Assembly (NCBI GenBank): GCA_021784815.1
Contig: JAJYHK010000004.1
Span: 16,255 to 80,254, forward strand
DNA: 64,000 bases
From: a bacterium
GTDB lineage: Bacteria; Patescibacteriota; Minisyncoccia; Phycocordibacterales; Phycocordibacteraceae
Direction: 5' to 3'
Position 1 is the first letter of the stretch. Each line of letters opens with the position of its first letter. The translations under genes and the position numbers were made by a program. The notes below the pieces were generated by a model, which searched no databases, had not been told where the DNA came from, and saw nothing but the letters and a program-made list of their open reading frames with translations. Below, piece after piece: positions 27,025-36,647 of the stretch.

Positions 27025-29208
27025 CTAGACGTCTGGCCACCGCGCCACCATGAGGAAATCGGCATCTTTGGTCGGCATTGATTGCCAAATCTCCTCCGTG
27101 ACGAAGGGCATGAAGGGGTGGAGGAGGCGCAGGGTACGATCAAGGAGGAATAAGAGGAGTTGCGCGCGCGAGGTCTTTGCCGTCTCGTCGTCGCTGGCGA
27201 GGATCGGCTTCGACTCTTCGAGGATCTTGTCCGCAAGCTCGTGCCAGGCGTAGTGGTAGAGCTTGTCGGCAGCAAGGTAGATGCGGTAGTTTTCGAAATC
27301 ATCGGTAACCTCTTTTGTAAGCGCATTGAGGGTCTGTAGATGGGCGAGATCGGCGGGCACAAGGGCGGGATTTGGCTCGAGTGTTGTGACGCCCGCCTTC
27401 TCGGCATTCTCGAGCACAAAACGCGCGATGTTCCAGAGCTTGTTCGCAAAGTGCTTGTAGCCCTTAACCTTGCTTTCGTCGAAACGGATATCATTGCCGA
27501 GTGCGGTGCCGACGAGGAGTCCCATCCGGAGCGCGTCGGCGCCGTACTTGTCGATCATTTCGAGCGGATCGACGCCGTTACCGAGCGATTTTGAGAACTT
27601 ACGGCCTTTGCTGTCGCGAACGAGCCCGTGAATCATTATGGTTTTAAAGGGTACCTGGCCGAGGTGGAAACCGGCCATAAGAATCATGCGTGAGACCCAC
27701 AGGAAGAGAATCTCATACGCCGGCGACATGAACGACGTAGGGTGGAACTTCGCGAGGTCGTCGGTCTTTTCGGGCCAGCCAAGGGTCGAGAAGGTCCAGA
27801 GTGCGGACGAGAACCAGGTATCGAGCACGTCCGGATCCTGCTCCCAATCGTTACCTCTTGGTGCTTCGGTACCGCAAAATGCTTCCTCACCCCGATACCA
27901 GACGGGTACCCGGTGGCCAAACCAAATCTGGCGGCTGATGCACCAGTCATGGAGATTTCCGATCCAGTGGAAGTACGCTTTGCGGAACCCTTCCTGCGGC
28001 ATATCGACGCCGCCACGCTCGACGGCGGCGCGCATGAGCTCCTTGAGTGTGAGCGTCGAACCACTTTCGATGCCCGGAATTTCGGAATGAGACAATGAAA
28101 AGTGCCGGTTCACGTCGACGAACCACTGCAGCTTAATCTGCGGCTCAATGATACAGCTGGTGCGCTCGGCAGTTGCAATGTTGTGCGTGTAGGGCTCCTC
28201 TTTCACGACGAGACCTTTCTGGTGGAGTTTCTCGACGATTTTCGGACGCGCATCGGCGATTTTCATGCCGGCAAATTCGCCCGCGATCGGGAGCAGTTTG
28301 CCGTATTCGTCGATGATCTGCTCTTTATCGAGTCCGTGGCGTTCGGCGATCTCAAAGTCGACCATACTGTGCCAGGGGGTGATGGTCATGACGCCCGAGC
28401 CAAACGCCATGTCGATGGATTCGTCCTTGATAATCGTGGCGGTAATCGGGCCATTGATCCACTCGAGCTCAAGCTGCTGCCCGTGCTTCCACTCTTTATA
28501 GCGCGCATCGTCGGGGTGTATTACCACGTACTTGTCGCCGAATTTCGTTTCCGGCCGCGCGGTACCGATGGTGAACGGACCGTATTTGAAATAGTAGAAG
28601 GTCGTCTGTTCTTCTTGATAGACGATTTCATCATCGGAAATGGTGGTTTGACCCTTCGGGTCCCAGTTCACGATGCGGTGGCCGCGGTAAATGAGGCCGG
28701 CTTCGTACATGCGGACGAATGCGGTAGTCACGGCTTTTTCGCGCTTTTCGTCGAGCGTGTACGCGTAGCGCGACCAATCGAGCGAAGCACCCATGCGGCG
28801 CACCTGCGAGAGAATGGTGTCCTCGCTGTTTTTCGCAAATTCGTACACGCGGCGGACGAGCTCTTCGCGGCCAAGGTCATGACGGCTTTCCCCTCGTCTT
28901 TTTGAATATTCCTTTTCAACGCGCGCTTGCGTTGCGATAGCTGCTGAATCGGTGCCCGGAACCCAGAGCGCGCGCTTGCCGCGCATACGCTGGAAACGAA
29001 TGACCGCATCTTGGAGTGAGTCTTCATAGGCGTGCCCAAGATGCAGTACGCCGGTCACGTTGGGTGGCGGCAGGACGACCGAGAAAGGCGGACGCCCTTC
29101 GCTCTCTGGCAGGTTGTCAGGATTAAAAGACCCGCTCGTCTCCCACGCATCGTAAAGGCGTTGCTCGGTTTCAGAGGGGTTGTAGGGTTTCAGGAATTTC
29201 TCGAGCAT
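27025..29208 (-). CDS. valS: Valine--tRNA ligase (compact form)
   Basis: 'PPPNVTGVLHLGHA' (HIGH), 'WCISRQIWFGHRVPVW', 'KFSKSLGN' (KMSKS-like); 727 aa. Confidence 0.75.
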   Translation of the reverse strand: MLEKFLKPYNPSETEQRLYDAWETSGSFNPDNLPESEGRPPFSVVLPPPNVTGVLHLGHAYEDSLQDAVIRFQRMRGKRALWVPGTDSAAIATQARVEKEYSKRRGESRHDLGREELVRRVYEFAKNSEDTILSQVRRMGASLDWSRYAYTLDEKREKAVTTAFVRMYEAGLIYRGHRIVNWDPKGQTTISDDEIVYQEEQTTFYYFKYGPFTIGTARPETKFGDKYVVIHPDDARYKEWKHGQQLELEWINGPITATIIKDESIDMAFGSGVMTITPWHSMVDFEIAERHGLDKEQIIDEYGKLLPIAGEFAGMKIADARPKIVEKLHQKGLVVKEEPYTHNIATAERTSCIIEPQIKLQWFVDVNRHFSLSHSEIPGIESGSTLTLKELMRAAVERGGVDMPQEGFRKAYFHWIGNLHDWCISRQIWFGHRVPVWYRGEEAFCGTEAPRGNDWEQDPDVLDTWFSSALWTFSTLGWPEKTDDLAKFHPTSFMSPAYEILFLWVSRMILMAGFHLGQVPFKTIMIHGLVRDSKGRKFSKSLGNGVDPLEMIDKYGADALRMGLLVGTALGNDIRFDESKVKGYKHFANKLWNIARFVLENAEKAGVTTLEPNPALVPADLAHLQTLNALTKEVTDDFENYRIYLAADKLYHYAWHELADKILEESKPILASDDETAKTSRAQLLLFLLDRTLRLLHPFMPFVTEEIWQSMPTKDADFLMVARWPDV

Positions 29209-29306
29209 GGAAAATACCTACTGACTATACCAAAAAAAGCGCGACGCGGTACGCCGTCCTGCGGTGGCCGGCAAGATCGGAGTGAGGACGGAGCCCGAAG
29301 CCTGCT

Positions 29307-30512
29307 TTAAGGCGCGAGCGCGAGGTTCCCGTTCGCCGAGAGTGTGGCGGGGTTCGCGAGCTCGTCGCGCTTAGCGCGATAGAAGGCAGCGAGCGCGATC
29401 ATGAGCGCATTGTCGGTGGTGAGTGCCTGAGCGGGGATCGCGAGCGTTACGTCATTGAACTCGGCGGCGATGCCCTCTCTAAAGACGCGGCGCAGATGAA
29501 CGTTCGCCGAGACACCGCCGCCGATCGCGAGCGTCTTTGCGCCCGTCTCTCGGAGCGCACGAGAGGTCTTCTTCCAGAGTACGTCGGCGACTGCGTCTTC
29601 GAACTCGCGCGCGAGCGCGCCCTTTTCGTCTTCGGAAAGGTCATCGCGCGCTTTGAGTAGGTTACGAACGGCGGTCTTGAGGCCAGCGAAAGAGAAATCG
29701 CAGGAGTTTTCGTGGAGCATAGGGCGCGGGAGCGTAAAGGGCGCCGGGCGGGCCGTGTTCAAGGTCCGACCTTGAACAGAAAGGGCGCGCAGCGCTTCGG
29801 CGCGTTTTGAGATTTCCGGGCCGCCCGGGTAAGGAAGCTCGAGCATCCGGGCAACCTTGTCGAACGCCTCGCCGACCGCATCATCGCGCGTACGGCCTAC
29901 GAGGGCGTATGAGAGGAACGCTCTCATGAGCACAAGCTCGGTGTGTCCGCCGCTCACGAGGAGTGCGAGCGCCGGCAGCGTGACGTTTGCAATCTCGAGC
30001 TCGCGTTCGCTGCCTTTTGCGAGCGCCGCCATAATATGGCCCTCCATGTGGTTTACCGCGACGAGTGGTTTGCCCCAGGCAAGCGTGAGCGCCTTGGCGA
30101 AATTAATGCCGACCCAGAGCGCGGGCTCGAGCCCGGGACCGGCGGTGACCGCGATGCAATCGACCGCCGCCGGCTCGCTTTCCTTTAGAAAGGCAAGCGT
30201 CGCTTCATCGAGCCCGGGTTCGCGCTCAAGGAGCTTTGCAATGGCGTCGTGCGTTTCGGTGCGCAAGTTCTGCGCGTCTTCGTGCAGAAGCTCAGCTTCC
30301 TCAAGCGCCGCTGCGAGGATAGGGATGAGATTTTTCGCATGCTCGCGTTTCGCAAGCGCGGGGAATACGCCGCCGTACTCTTTGTGGATGTCGACTTGCG
30401 AGAGTAAAGCGTTACCGAGGACGCGGAAGCGCGCGGCGCGCTCGTTACCCTCGGCTTCGACGATCGCGATGGCGGTCTCGTCGCAGCTGGTCTCTATGGC
30501 GAGGATCCTCAT
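29307..30512 (-). CDS. tsaD: tRNA N6-adenosine threonylcarbamoyltransferase TsaD (Kae1 family)
   Basis: 'MRILAIETSCDETAIAIV', 'GGGVSANVHLR'. Confidence 0.8.
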   Translation of the reverse strand: MRILAIETSCDETAIAIVEAEGNERAARFRVLGNALLSQVDIHKEYGGVFPALAKREHAKNLIPILAAALEEAELLHEDAQNLRTETHDAIAKLLEREPGLDEATLAFLKESEPAAVDCIAVTAGPGLEPALWVGINFAKALTLAWGKPLVAVNHMEGHIMAALAKGSERELEIANVTLPALALLVSGGHTELVLMRAFLSYALVGRTRDDAVGEAFDKVARMLELPYPGGPEISKRAEALRALSVQGRTLNTARPAPFTLPRPMLHENSCDFSFAGLKTAVRNLLKARDDLSEDEKGALAREFEDAVADVLWKKTSRALRETGAKTLAIGGGVSANVHLRRVFREGIAAEFNDVTLAIPAQALTTDNALMIALAAFYRAKRDELANPATLSANGNLALAP

Positions 30513-30533
30513 AGCAAAGGTATACTACACCTA

Positions 30534-31094
30534 ATGCAGCGTGACGATCTCCTGTGCTGGGTAGATCTTGAGATGACCTCGCTACGCGATGCGCGCCAGG
30601 ATCAGATTATCGAAATCGCCATCCTTTTGACCGATAAAGACCTGAACATTGTGGCTGAAGGCCCCGACCTCGTGATCCATGCCAAGCCCGAGCTCTTCGA
30701 GGGCCTTCCGGAGTCGGCCCGCGCCCTCCATGAAAAGAGCGGGATTATGGCCGATGTGGCAAAGAGCACTCTCACGCTTGCGCAAGCCGAGCAGCAGGCG
30801 ATCGCCTTTCTCAAAGAACGCGTGCAGTACCAGACGGCGCCCTTGTGCGGTAATTCTATCCACGTCGATCGCCACTTCTTGCGGCTCCAGATGCCCGAGC
30901 TCGAAGACTACCTCTTCTATCGATGCATAGACGTCTCGACTGTCAAGGAGCTCGCGCGCCGTTGGGCACCCGCGGTGTTTGCAGAGGCGAAAGCACGCAA
31001 AGGCGAAAGCGTGCATCGTGCCATGGATGACATTCGCGCCTCTATCTCCGAGCTTGCGTTTTATCGCGGCGCATTCTTTTCGCGGCAGAGCTAA
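30534..31094 (+). CDS. orn: Oligoribonuclease (DEDDh 3'-5' exonuclease)
   Basis: 'LCWVDLEMTSL...IIEIAILLTD' Exo I motif; 186 aa. TATACT 9 nt upstream of the ATG suggests a leaderless mRNA. Confidence 0.75.
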   Translation: MQRDDLLCWVDLEMTSLRDARQDQIIEIAILLTDKDLNIVAEGPDLVIHAKPELFEGLPESARALHEKSGIMADVAKSTLTLAQAEQQAIAFLKERVQYQTAPLCGNSIHVDRHFLRLQMPELEDYLFYRCIDVSTVKELARRWAPAVFAEAKARKGESVHRAMDDIRASISELAFYRGAFFSRQS

Positions 31095-31942
31095 CCCTCG
31101 TCGATCTCGACCCACGGCAGCGCGTGGCCGTGCGGTATGAAGAAGCCCGCGCTCCCCGCATGGCCGCCGCCGCCGTACTTTGCGGCGAGTTCCGACACGT
31201 CGACCGTGCCGTTGCTGCGGATCGATACGCCATAGCCGTCCGGGTGCGCGGAAACGACCAGTGCGATCGGGGGCAGCTTTTCGCAAAGCAGCCGTCCAAT
31301 GTGCGAGCGCATGGTGATCGTCGGCAGAGAATTGGCGAAGTAGCACTCGCGGTCTTCGAAGCGCACTTTCTTGGCTGCATCGACCGCGATGGCGCAGAGC
31401 TTTTCGTAGTACTCATTGTAGGCCGCGGCTTTTTGCAGGATACGCGCGCGGCGTTCGCGGTCTTCAAGCGCCGCCGCGAGATCGTCCCAGGTACGGAAGT
31501 TATACGGCTGCACGACGAGATAGGTGGAGATGTCGTGGGTTTCGGGGAGCGCGAAGCGGTACAGGTCTTCGTCTTCGAGGTAGCGAAGGAGCTCTGGCAC
31601 CGGGGCCTTCGGATGAAAAAAGGCCCACGCGATCGTCGCGCCCGAGCGGTCGTTATCGAAGACGTGTTCGGGCGCCGACTGCACGAGCGCCTGCGCGCTT
31701 TCATGATGGTCGAGCACGACGAGCCGCTTCGCTTCTTTGGCAAGCTCCGTCATCGCGCCGGGCCGCTCGAAAATGAAATCGAGAACATACACTTCTTTCT
31801 CCGCGAGGTCTTCCGGCACGTCGTCGCCATAGCCGGCAGGGAGGTAGCTCGCGTCGTCGCCGAATTTTTTCCATGCCGCGTAGGCCGCGCCGAACCCGTC
31901 CGGGCAGCGCTTGTGGTAAATGACGACGATTCCTTTCTCCAT
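31091..31942 (-). CDS. DHH/DHHA1 phosphoesterase (NrnA-like nanoRNase/pAp phosphatase)
   Basis: 'VVLDHHESA' DHH motif; 'GGGGHAGSAGF' DHHA1 motif. Confidence 0.7.
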   Translation of the reverse strand: MEKGIVVIYHKRCPDGFGAAYAAWKKFGDDASYLPAGYGDDVPEDLAEKEVYVLDFIFERPGAMTELAKEAKRLVVLDHHESAQALVQSAPEHVFDNDRSGATIAWAFFHPKAPVPELLRYLEDEDLYRFALPETHDISTYLVVQPYNFRTWDDLAAALEDRERRARILQKAAAYNEYYEKLCAIAVDAAKKVRFEDRECYFANSLPTITMRSHIGRLLCEKLPPIALVVSAHPDGYGVSIRSNGTVDVSELAAKYGGGGHAGSAGFFIPHGHALPWVEIDEG

Positions 31943-31948
31943 ATCGAC

Positions 31949-32386
31949 TTAGGCTATCACCTCGTTAAAGAAATTGCCCGAACGCCAAGCATCAAGCACG
32001 GCCTTGCTTGGCGCAAAGAGAGGCTCGGGGATTGCGTCCGCGTTGTACCATCGCCAGTTGCGCGACTTGTCCGGTTCGGGGTTTGTCGGCTCGCCACTGT
32101 TGCAGCGGACGAGAAAGCCGATATTCACGAAGTGCTTCCCGTATACACACTCATTGTTCAAGCAGACTATCCTTTCAAAGGAAAGGTCGGTTAGGCCGGT
32201 TTCCTCTAGCACTTCTTTGCGCGCGGCGGCCTCGAACGCGAGCCCGAATTCCAAGTGGCCACCAGGAATCTGGTAGGTTCCGGCGCCATGGCTCGAGAGG
32301 CGCTCGCCAATAAGCACCTGTCCTTTCTCATTGAATACGATAACGCCTACGGCCGCTAAAGGACGCGGTTTTTCTTCGGTGGTCAT
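31949..32386 (-). CDS. NUDIX hydrolase
   Basis: Nudix box 'GGHLEFGLAFEAAARKEVLEETGL'. Confidence 0.8.
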   Translation of the reverse strand: MTTEEKPRPLAAVGVIVFNEKGQVLIGERLSSHGAGTYQIPGGHLEFGLAFEAAARKEVLEETGLTDLSFERIVCLNNECVYGKHFVNIGFLVRCNSGEPTNPEPDKSRNWRWYNADAIPEPLFAPSKAVLDAWRSGNFFNEVIA

Positions 32387-32395
32387 GCAGTCAGT

Positions 32396-33256
32396 TTAGC
32401 GCACAAAACGCACGTAGATGCCTGAGGGTACGACTCGATTCGAGCCCGATTCCTTAAGATGCAGCTCACCGCTTTCTCCCTCGACCGGTCCGAAGACGTC
32501 CTCGACGGCCTGCGCGAACGAGCGAGAAGCGTATCCAGCGGCATAGCCGTTGAGGAGGAAAAAGCTCCCGGGTGTCGGGTTGAGCATTTCCCTGAGCGTC
32601 CTAAGCAGCGGCGCAAGGTCCTCTTCAATCTTCCATACCTCGCCCTTGGCGCCGCGGCCGAACGCGGGCGGGTCAAGAATGATGCCGTCGTAGCACACAC
32701 CGCGGCGCATTTCGCGCTTTGCGAAGGAGCTCGCGTCGTCGGCGATCCAACGGACATCCTCAGAGAGTCCGGAAAGCCGCGCGTTTGCGCTCGCCCAATC
32801 GAGCGACTGTTTCGAGGCATCCACATGCGTGACGCGCGCACCGGCGCGCGCGGCCGTGATCGTGGCCGCGCCGGTGTAGCCGAAGAGATTGAGCACCTTC
32901 GGCGCTTCGAGTGTGCTCGCCCGCCCGGCAATCCATTCCCAGTTAGGCGTTTGCTCGGGGAATACGCCGACATGCTTGAAGGACGAGAGCCGGACAGAGA
33001 GGCGAAGATCGTTATAGGCGAGGGTCCACGGCTCTGGCAGCGGCTTGCGCACGTCCCAGTCGCCCTTGCTTCCGGAAAACGCGAACCGCGCGTGTGCGTG
33101 GGTCCAGCGCTCGGGTGCGCGCTGCTCCCAGAGCGCTTGCGTTTCCGGGCGCGCGACCACGACGGAGCCGAAGCGCTCGAGCTTTTCGTGGTTACCCGAG
33201 TCGAGGAGCTCGTAGTCGCCCCACGGCTCCGTTACGAGATGCCGGTCGTATTTCAT
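32396..33256 (-). CDS. Class I SAM-dependent rRNA methyltransferase (RlmI/RlmK-like)
   Basis: 'NLFGYTGAATI' SAM motif I, 'IILDPPAF' motif IV. Confidence 0.65.
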   Translation of the reverse strand: MKYDRHLVTEPWGDYELLDSGNHEKLERFGSVVVARPETQALWEQRAPERWTHAHARFAFSGSKGDWDVRKPLPEPWTLAYNDLRLSVRLSSFKHVGVFPEQTPNWEWIAGRASTLEAPKVLNLFGYTGAATITAARAGARVTHVDASKQSLDWASANARLSGLSEDVRWIADDASSFAKREMRRGVCYDGIILDPPAFGRGAKGEVWKIEEDLAPLLRTLREMLNPTPGSFFLLNGYAAGYASRSFAQAVEDVFGPVEGESGELHLKESGSNRVVPSGIYVRFVR

Positions 33257-34041
33257 GCGAGCGAATCCGGATGCGTTACGCTCCAGGCGTAAAACACGAC
33301 GCCGGCGGAAACGGCGGCGTTAAGCGATTCGGTGCGCGAGTGCATCGGTATGGAAAGAGTGATGTCGCAGGCTTCGAGCGTCTTCTCGCGGATGCCACGG
33401 CCTTCATTGCCGACGACGAAGGCGGCGGGCGCGCTGAACCGCTCTTCGGAGAGCGCGGTAACACCATCGGCCGCAAGGCCATACACCCAGAAGCCCCGAT
33501 TCTTGAGCTTCTCGAGCGCCTGATTGACGTTGCCTATCGAGACAAGTGGCACGCGGAAGGCCATGCCTGCGGAGGTCTTCAAGACGGAGCCGGTGATCCG
33601 CGCCTGGTTGTGCTCGGGAATGAGCACGCCCGAAATGCCGAACGCCGCGGCGCTGCGTATGATCGCGCCCACATTGTGGGGGTCTTGTACTTCGCCGAGA
33701 ACCGCAAGAGCGGGTTTTCGTTCGAGATCGAGAGAACCGAGCAGCGTATCGAGGGAGGTAAAAAGCGCGGCGGATTCGATGAGCGCAATGACGCCCTGGT
33801 GGACCGCATCACGGCCGACGAGCTCTTTGCCGCGGCCGTTCGGAAGCTCGCTCGTCGGAATCTTGTGTTCGGCAAGCAGCACGCGCAGCTGTTTTGTCCC
33901 CGCATCGGGAGCGAGAAATGCTTTGCGCACCGCGCGGGGCACGTGCTCGAGGGCTTCGGTGAGCGCATGCACGCCGTAGGCGTACACCTTGCCTGAATCA
34001 ACCCGATCGGTGCGCTTGGTGCGGCCTCTAGAAGATGTCAT
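33253..34041 (-). CDS. TrmH/SpoU-family RNA 2'-O-methyltransferase (RlmB-like)
   Basis: 'VVGNEGRGIREKT' and 'SLNAAVSAGVVFY' SPOUT motifs. Confidence 0.75.
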   Translation of the reverse strand: MTSSRGRTKRTDRVDSGKVYAYGVHALTEALEHVPRAVRKAFLAPDAGTKQLRVLLAEHKIPTSELPNGRGKELVGRDAVHQGVIALIESAALFTSLDTLLGSLDLERKPALAVLGEVQDPHNVGAIIRSAAAFGISGVLIPEHNQARITGSVLKTSAGMAFRVPLVSIGNVNQALEKLKNRGFWVYGLAADGVTALSEERFSAPAAFVVGNEGRGIREKTLEACDITLSIPMHSRTESLNAAVSAGVVFYAWSVTHPDSLA

Positions 34042-34144
34042 AAGGATGAAGGAGGAAAGATGGAGGTGGGGATACTAAACAGACTCGGTCACGTTTTGCT
34101 AACCGGGCTGCTCCAGGTATCCGCAACCCTAAGCGCCGCGCCCC

Positions 34145-34228
34145 TCGAGTCCCTTACCGCGCACAAAATGATACTCATGAGAGGCGCCGCCTTCCATTCC
34201 TTCATTTTGTGCGCGGTAAGGGACTCGA
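34145..34228. repeat. 27-bp inverted repeat made of the tRNA-Val 3' end and an inverted copy of it
   Basis: 34145-34171 'ctcgagtcccttaccgcgcacaaaatga' is the reverse complement of 34202-34228 (27/28 match). The second arm overlaps the last 19 nt of tRNA-Val. Confidence 0.6.
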
Positions 34229-34282
34229 ACCCCTGACCCTCCCCACGTCAAGGGGATGCTCTACCAACTGAGCTAACCGCGC
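34210..34282 (-). tRNA. tRNA-Val (GAC)
   Basis: Reverse-complement acceptor GCGCGGT/ACCGCGC, anticodon loop ttGACgt, T-loop TTCGAGT. Confidence 0.75.
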
Positions 34283-34403
34283 GTTGGGCTCACTGTACCC
34301 TATCTTAGGGCTCGCTTCAATGTGGGATGACACCCCTCCATTTTCCCCTGCGCCGTTCGTCCGATGCTTGCATCGGGTAGGGGGGTGCTACACTATAAGG
34401 TAT

Positions 34404-35066
34404 ATGGATACCCGGACTACAGCAGCGGTGGGCGGCATCGGGATGCTCGCTTTTATGCTCGTAGGCATAGGTTTGTGGCATGTTGCTGGCGTGCTCGATT
34501 CCATGACGAACGCCGATGTGAGTGTCGCGCTTCAGGCCGCCTCATCGACCACAGGATCGCAAATCACTGAGGAAGGGCCTGTACCGCCGCTTTTGCCGCG
34601 CGTCCCGCGACGCATAGGGACCGGTGCTGTGAGCGCATCGGCAGGGAGCGAAAAGATCGTGAGCGCGCCCGTCACTGTCGCTGGCGTCGGCACGCTCGAC
34701 AACCTTCTTACGTACAAGTCTGACCTTACCTGCGCGGTTACGACGCTCGGGACCGCGTTGCCAAGGACGGGCACAGTCTATCTTTCCGATGGAGATCTTC
34801 GCGGCGACTTTAACATTACGGTAGACGGACGAAGCTTGCATTCCTCGATGATTGACGCCGGAGGGTATCTGTATGCCTGGATGGATGCTGGCACGCACGG
34901 GGTGCGGCTTCTAGCAGCTTCGAGTGTAAGCGGGAGCGCGATAGTTTCCTATGGCGGCGTTAACCCAGCTCAAGAGATTAGTTACAGCTGCAACCTTTGG
35001 AAGGCTGACCATACGCAGTTCGCGCCGCCCAGCAGCATCGCCTTTACCGATACGGCTGGAAACTAG
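34404..35066 (+). CDS. Hypothetical membrane-anchored secreted protein
   Basis: Start at MDTRTT, because the ORF-track start overlaps tRNA-Val. N-terminal TM 'GIGMLAFMLVGIGLW', then Ser/Thr/Gly-rich extracellular domain. Confidence 0.4.
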   Translation: MDTRTTAAVGGIGMLAFMLVGIGLWHVAGVLDSMTNADVSVALQAASSTTGSQITEEGPVPPLLPRVPRRIGTGAVSASAGSEKIVSAPVTVAGVGTLDNLLTYKSDLTCAVTTLGTALPRTGTVYLSDGDLRGDFNITVDGRSLHSSMIDAGGYLYAWMDAGTHGVRLLAASSVSGSAIVSYGGVNPAQEISYSCNLWKADHTQFAPPSSIAFTDTAGN

Positions 35067-35125
35067 GGTTTGGGGAGAGTGGAGAGTAAACGCAAAACCG
35101 CGGATAAGAAGCCGATTCTACTATG

Positions 35126-35197
35126 TGACCCCACGGGGAATCGAACCCCGATTTACGCCGTGAAAGGGCGCTGTCCTAGCCGTTAGACGATAGGGCC
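35126..35197 (-). tRNA. tRNA-Glu (UUC)
   Basis: Reverse-complement GGCCCTA...GTCTAACGGCTAGGAC D-arm (3-bp stem), anticodon loop ctTTCac, T-loop TTCGATT. Confidence 0.7.
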
Positions 35198-35265
35198 AAT
35201 AGCGAGACTTTACCATCTTTTTTCGTCTTTCGCACCGATTACAAAAATGCTAGAGTGGCATCACT

Positions 35266-35352
35266 GGAGAGGTGGCTGAGTGGTCGAAGGCACCGCACTC
35301 GAAATGCGGCGTCCGGGTAACTGGACCGTGGGTTCGAATCCCACCCTCTCCG
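35266..35352 (+). tRNA. tRNA-Ser (CGA)
   Basis: Acceptor GGAGAGG/CCTCTCC, long variable arm, anticodon loop ctCGAaa, T-arm GTGGGTTCGAATCCCAC. Confidence 0.8.
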
Positions 35353-35395
35353 CCCGAAGACTTTTGTATCGGACAGACCCGAGGGCTTATTATTA
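35350..35395. repeat. Type-2 repeat copy C2 (overlaps tRNA-Ser 3' end; attL-like)
   Basis: 'ccgcccgaagacttttgtatcggacagacccga' begins inside the tRNA-Ser acceptor 3' strand. Confidence 0.6.
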
Positions 35396-36094
35396 TTGCG
35401 CATGGTATTCATGACCGATAATCTCTGGTTTCCGCCGCTAAATGTCATTCATCACTTTCGGGAGTTGGAACGACAGGGCAAATTAGTCCCCGGCAGCAAA
35501 ATCTATCGCAAGGCGGCTGAGGGCTATATAGTTGCCATCTCGCTCATGGGCGTTATGAAGATTCTCGGCAGAGAATTTTGGATGCAACTCGTAAGTGACG
35601 ATGAAGGAAGTCCCGATGTGCGAACTGGTTGTTATGACAAGAAGATTCGTGACAATGACTTCTCGGTTCAAGACGTAGAGGTCGTGACATTCGATGAGCA
35701 TGCTTCAGAAGACAATCTGATTGACTTTTTAATGAACACCAAGCTGGCTCGAAAGAAGTCATATGACGATCAAACGACCATTTTGTGCCATGTGCATAGG
35801 CCAACTTGGGTGCCACCCTACGCGGAACTGCAGGCGTCCCTTGCCAATAAACATCTAACAACAAAAGCACCGGTAATAGTTATCGGTAGGTCTGATCCGA
35901 CCAAGGAGATCTATAAGATGGCGCAAATTTATCCAGCGGTTGATTTGGTGACATCCTTTGACTTAATAGAAGAGTGCCACAAGCATCCGAAGCGGCACAT
36001 ACTTCGTTTAAGAAGATCTGGGAAGCCGACAATTGAGGTCGTATCGAATCCTAAAGAAAAACACTATCCCTTCGAGAAATTAGGCGTGGTCTAA
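35396..36094 (+). CDS. Hypothetical protein (islet cargo)
   Basis: 232-aa ORF in visibly AT-richer DNA between the type-2 repeats; no recognisable motif. Confidence 0.4.
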   Translation: MRMVFMTDNLWFPPLNVIHHFRELERQGKLVPGSKIYRKAAEGYIVAISLMGVMKILGREFWMQLVSDDEGSPDVRTGCYDKKIRDNDFSVQDVEVVTFDEHASEDNLIDFLMNTKLARKKSYDDQTTILCHVHRPTWVPPYAELQASLANKHLTTKAPVIVIGRSDPTKEIYKMAQIYPAVDLVTSFDLIEECHKHPKRHILRLRRSGKPTIEVVSNPKEKHYPFEKLGVV

Positions 36095-36099
36095 TATTG

Positions 36100-36309
36100 T
36101 TATCCGATGGCGACAACCCCTGCTGTGATTTTGAGTTTCGTTTTGAAGCATCCCATCAGCTCGCGCTTCTCTTCATTCGTGCCCTCTTTCAGGATGTACT
36201 TCGCATAGGTGCGCAGGTCGACATCCTCGTGCTTGGCGTCAGATTTGGAGAGACCGAGCACTGTGCGCTGGAATTTATTATGGCGTTTAAGCTCTTCTTT
36301 AAACTTCAT
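36100..36309 (-). CDS. Small Lys/Glu-rich hypothetical protein (islet cargo)
   Basis: 69 aa 'MKFKEELKRHNK...YAKYILKEGTNEEKRELMGCFKTKL'. A truncated paralog lies next to tRNA-Gly. Confidence 0.45.
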   Translation of the reverse strand: MKFKEELKRHNKFQRTVLGLSKSDAKHEDVDLRTYAKYILKEGTNEEKRELMGCFKTKLKITAGVVAIG

Positions 36310-36647
36310 CTCAATGCCTGGAGAAGAAGGGTGCTGTAGCGAAAGCTTTTAGCAGAATGAGTGAACCTTCCTAGAAGGATAACCTCTGTGTTTAGTCTCT
36401 TTGGCTGGGTAAGTATGGAGAACAGGTAAGGAATTTTCGACCCGTAAGCCGCGCGAAGCGCGGCGGAGAGCAGAGCACCAAAAACAACGTGAAGTAGGGG
36501 TTGGGATTTTCCCGATGCACTTTCAGAAAAGCGAATGGTTGAGCCACAGTTCAGAGTCGCAGGGTAGTCATTCCACCGATACCGGAATGACTACCTGTAT
36601 GACTACCCTGTTTTGCTAAAATGGGTTCGAGCAAACGCTAACAACGA

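Noticed and set aside
28102-28905. 267-aa plus-strand ORF inside valS
   Set aside because: Antisense to valS (HIGH/KMSKS motifs present on the minus strand).
31124-32194. 356-aa plus-strand ORF spanning the nrnA-like and NUDIX genes
   Set aside because: Antisense to two motif-supported genes and crosses their intergenic gap. GC-driven open frame.
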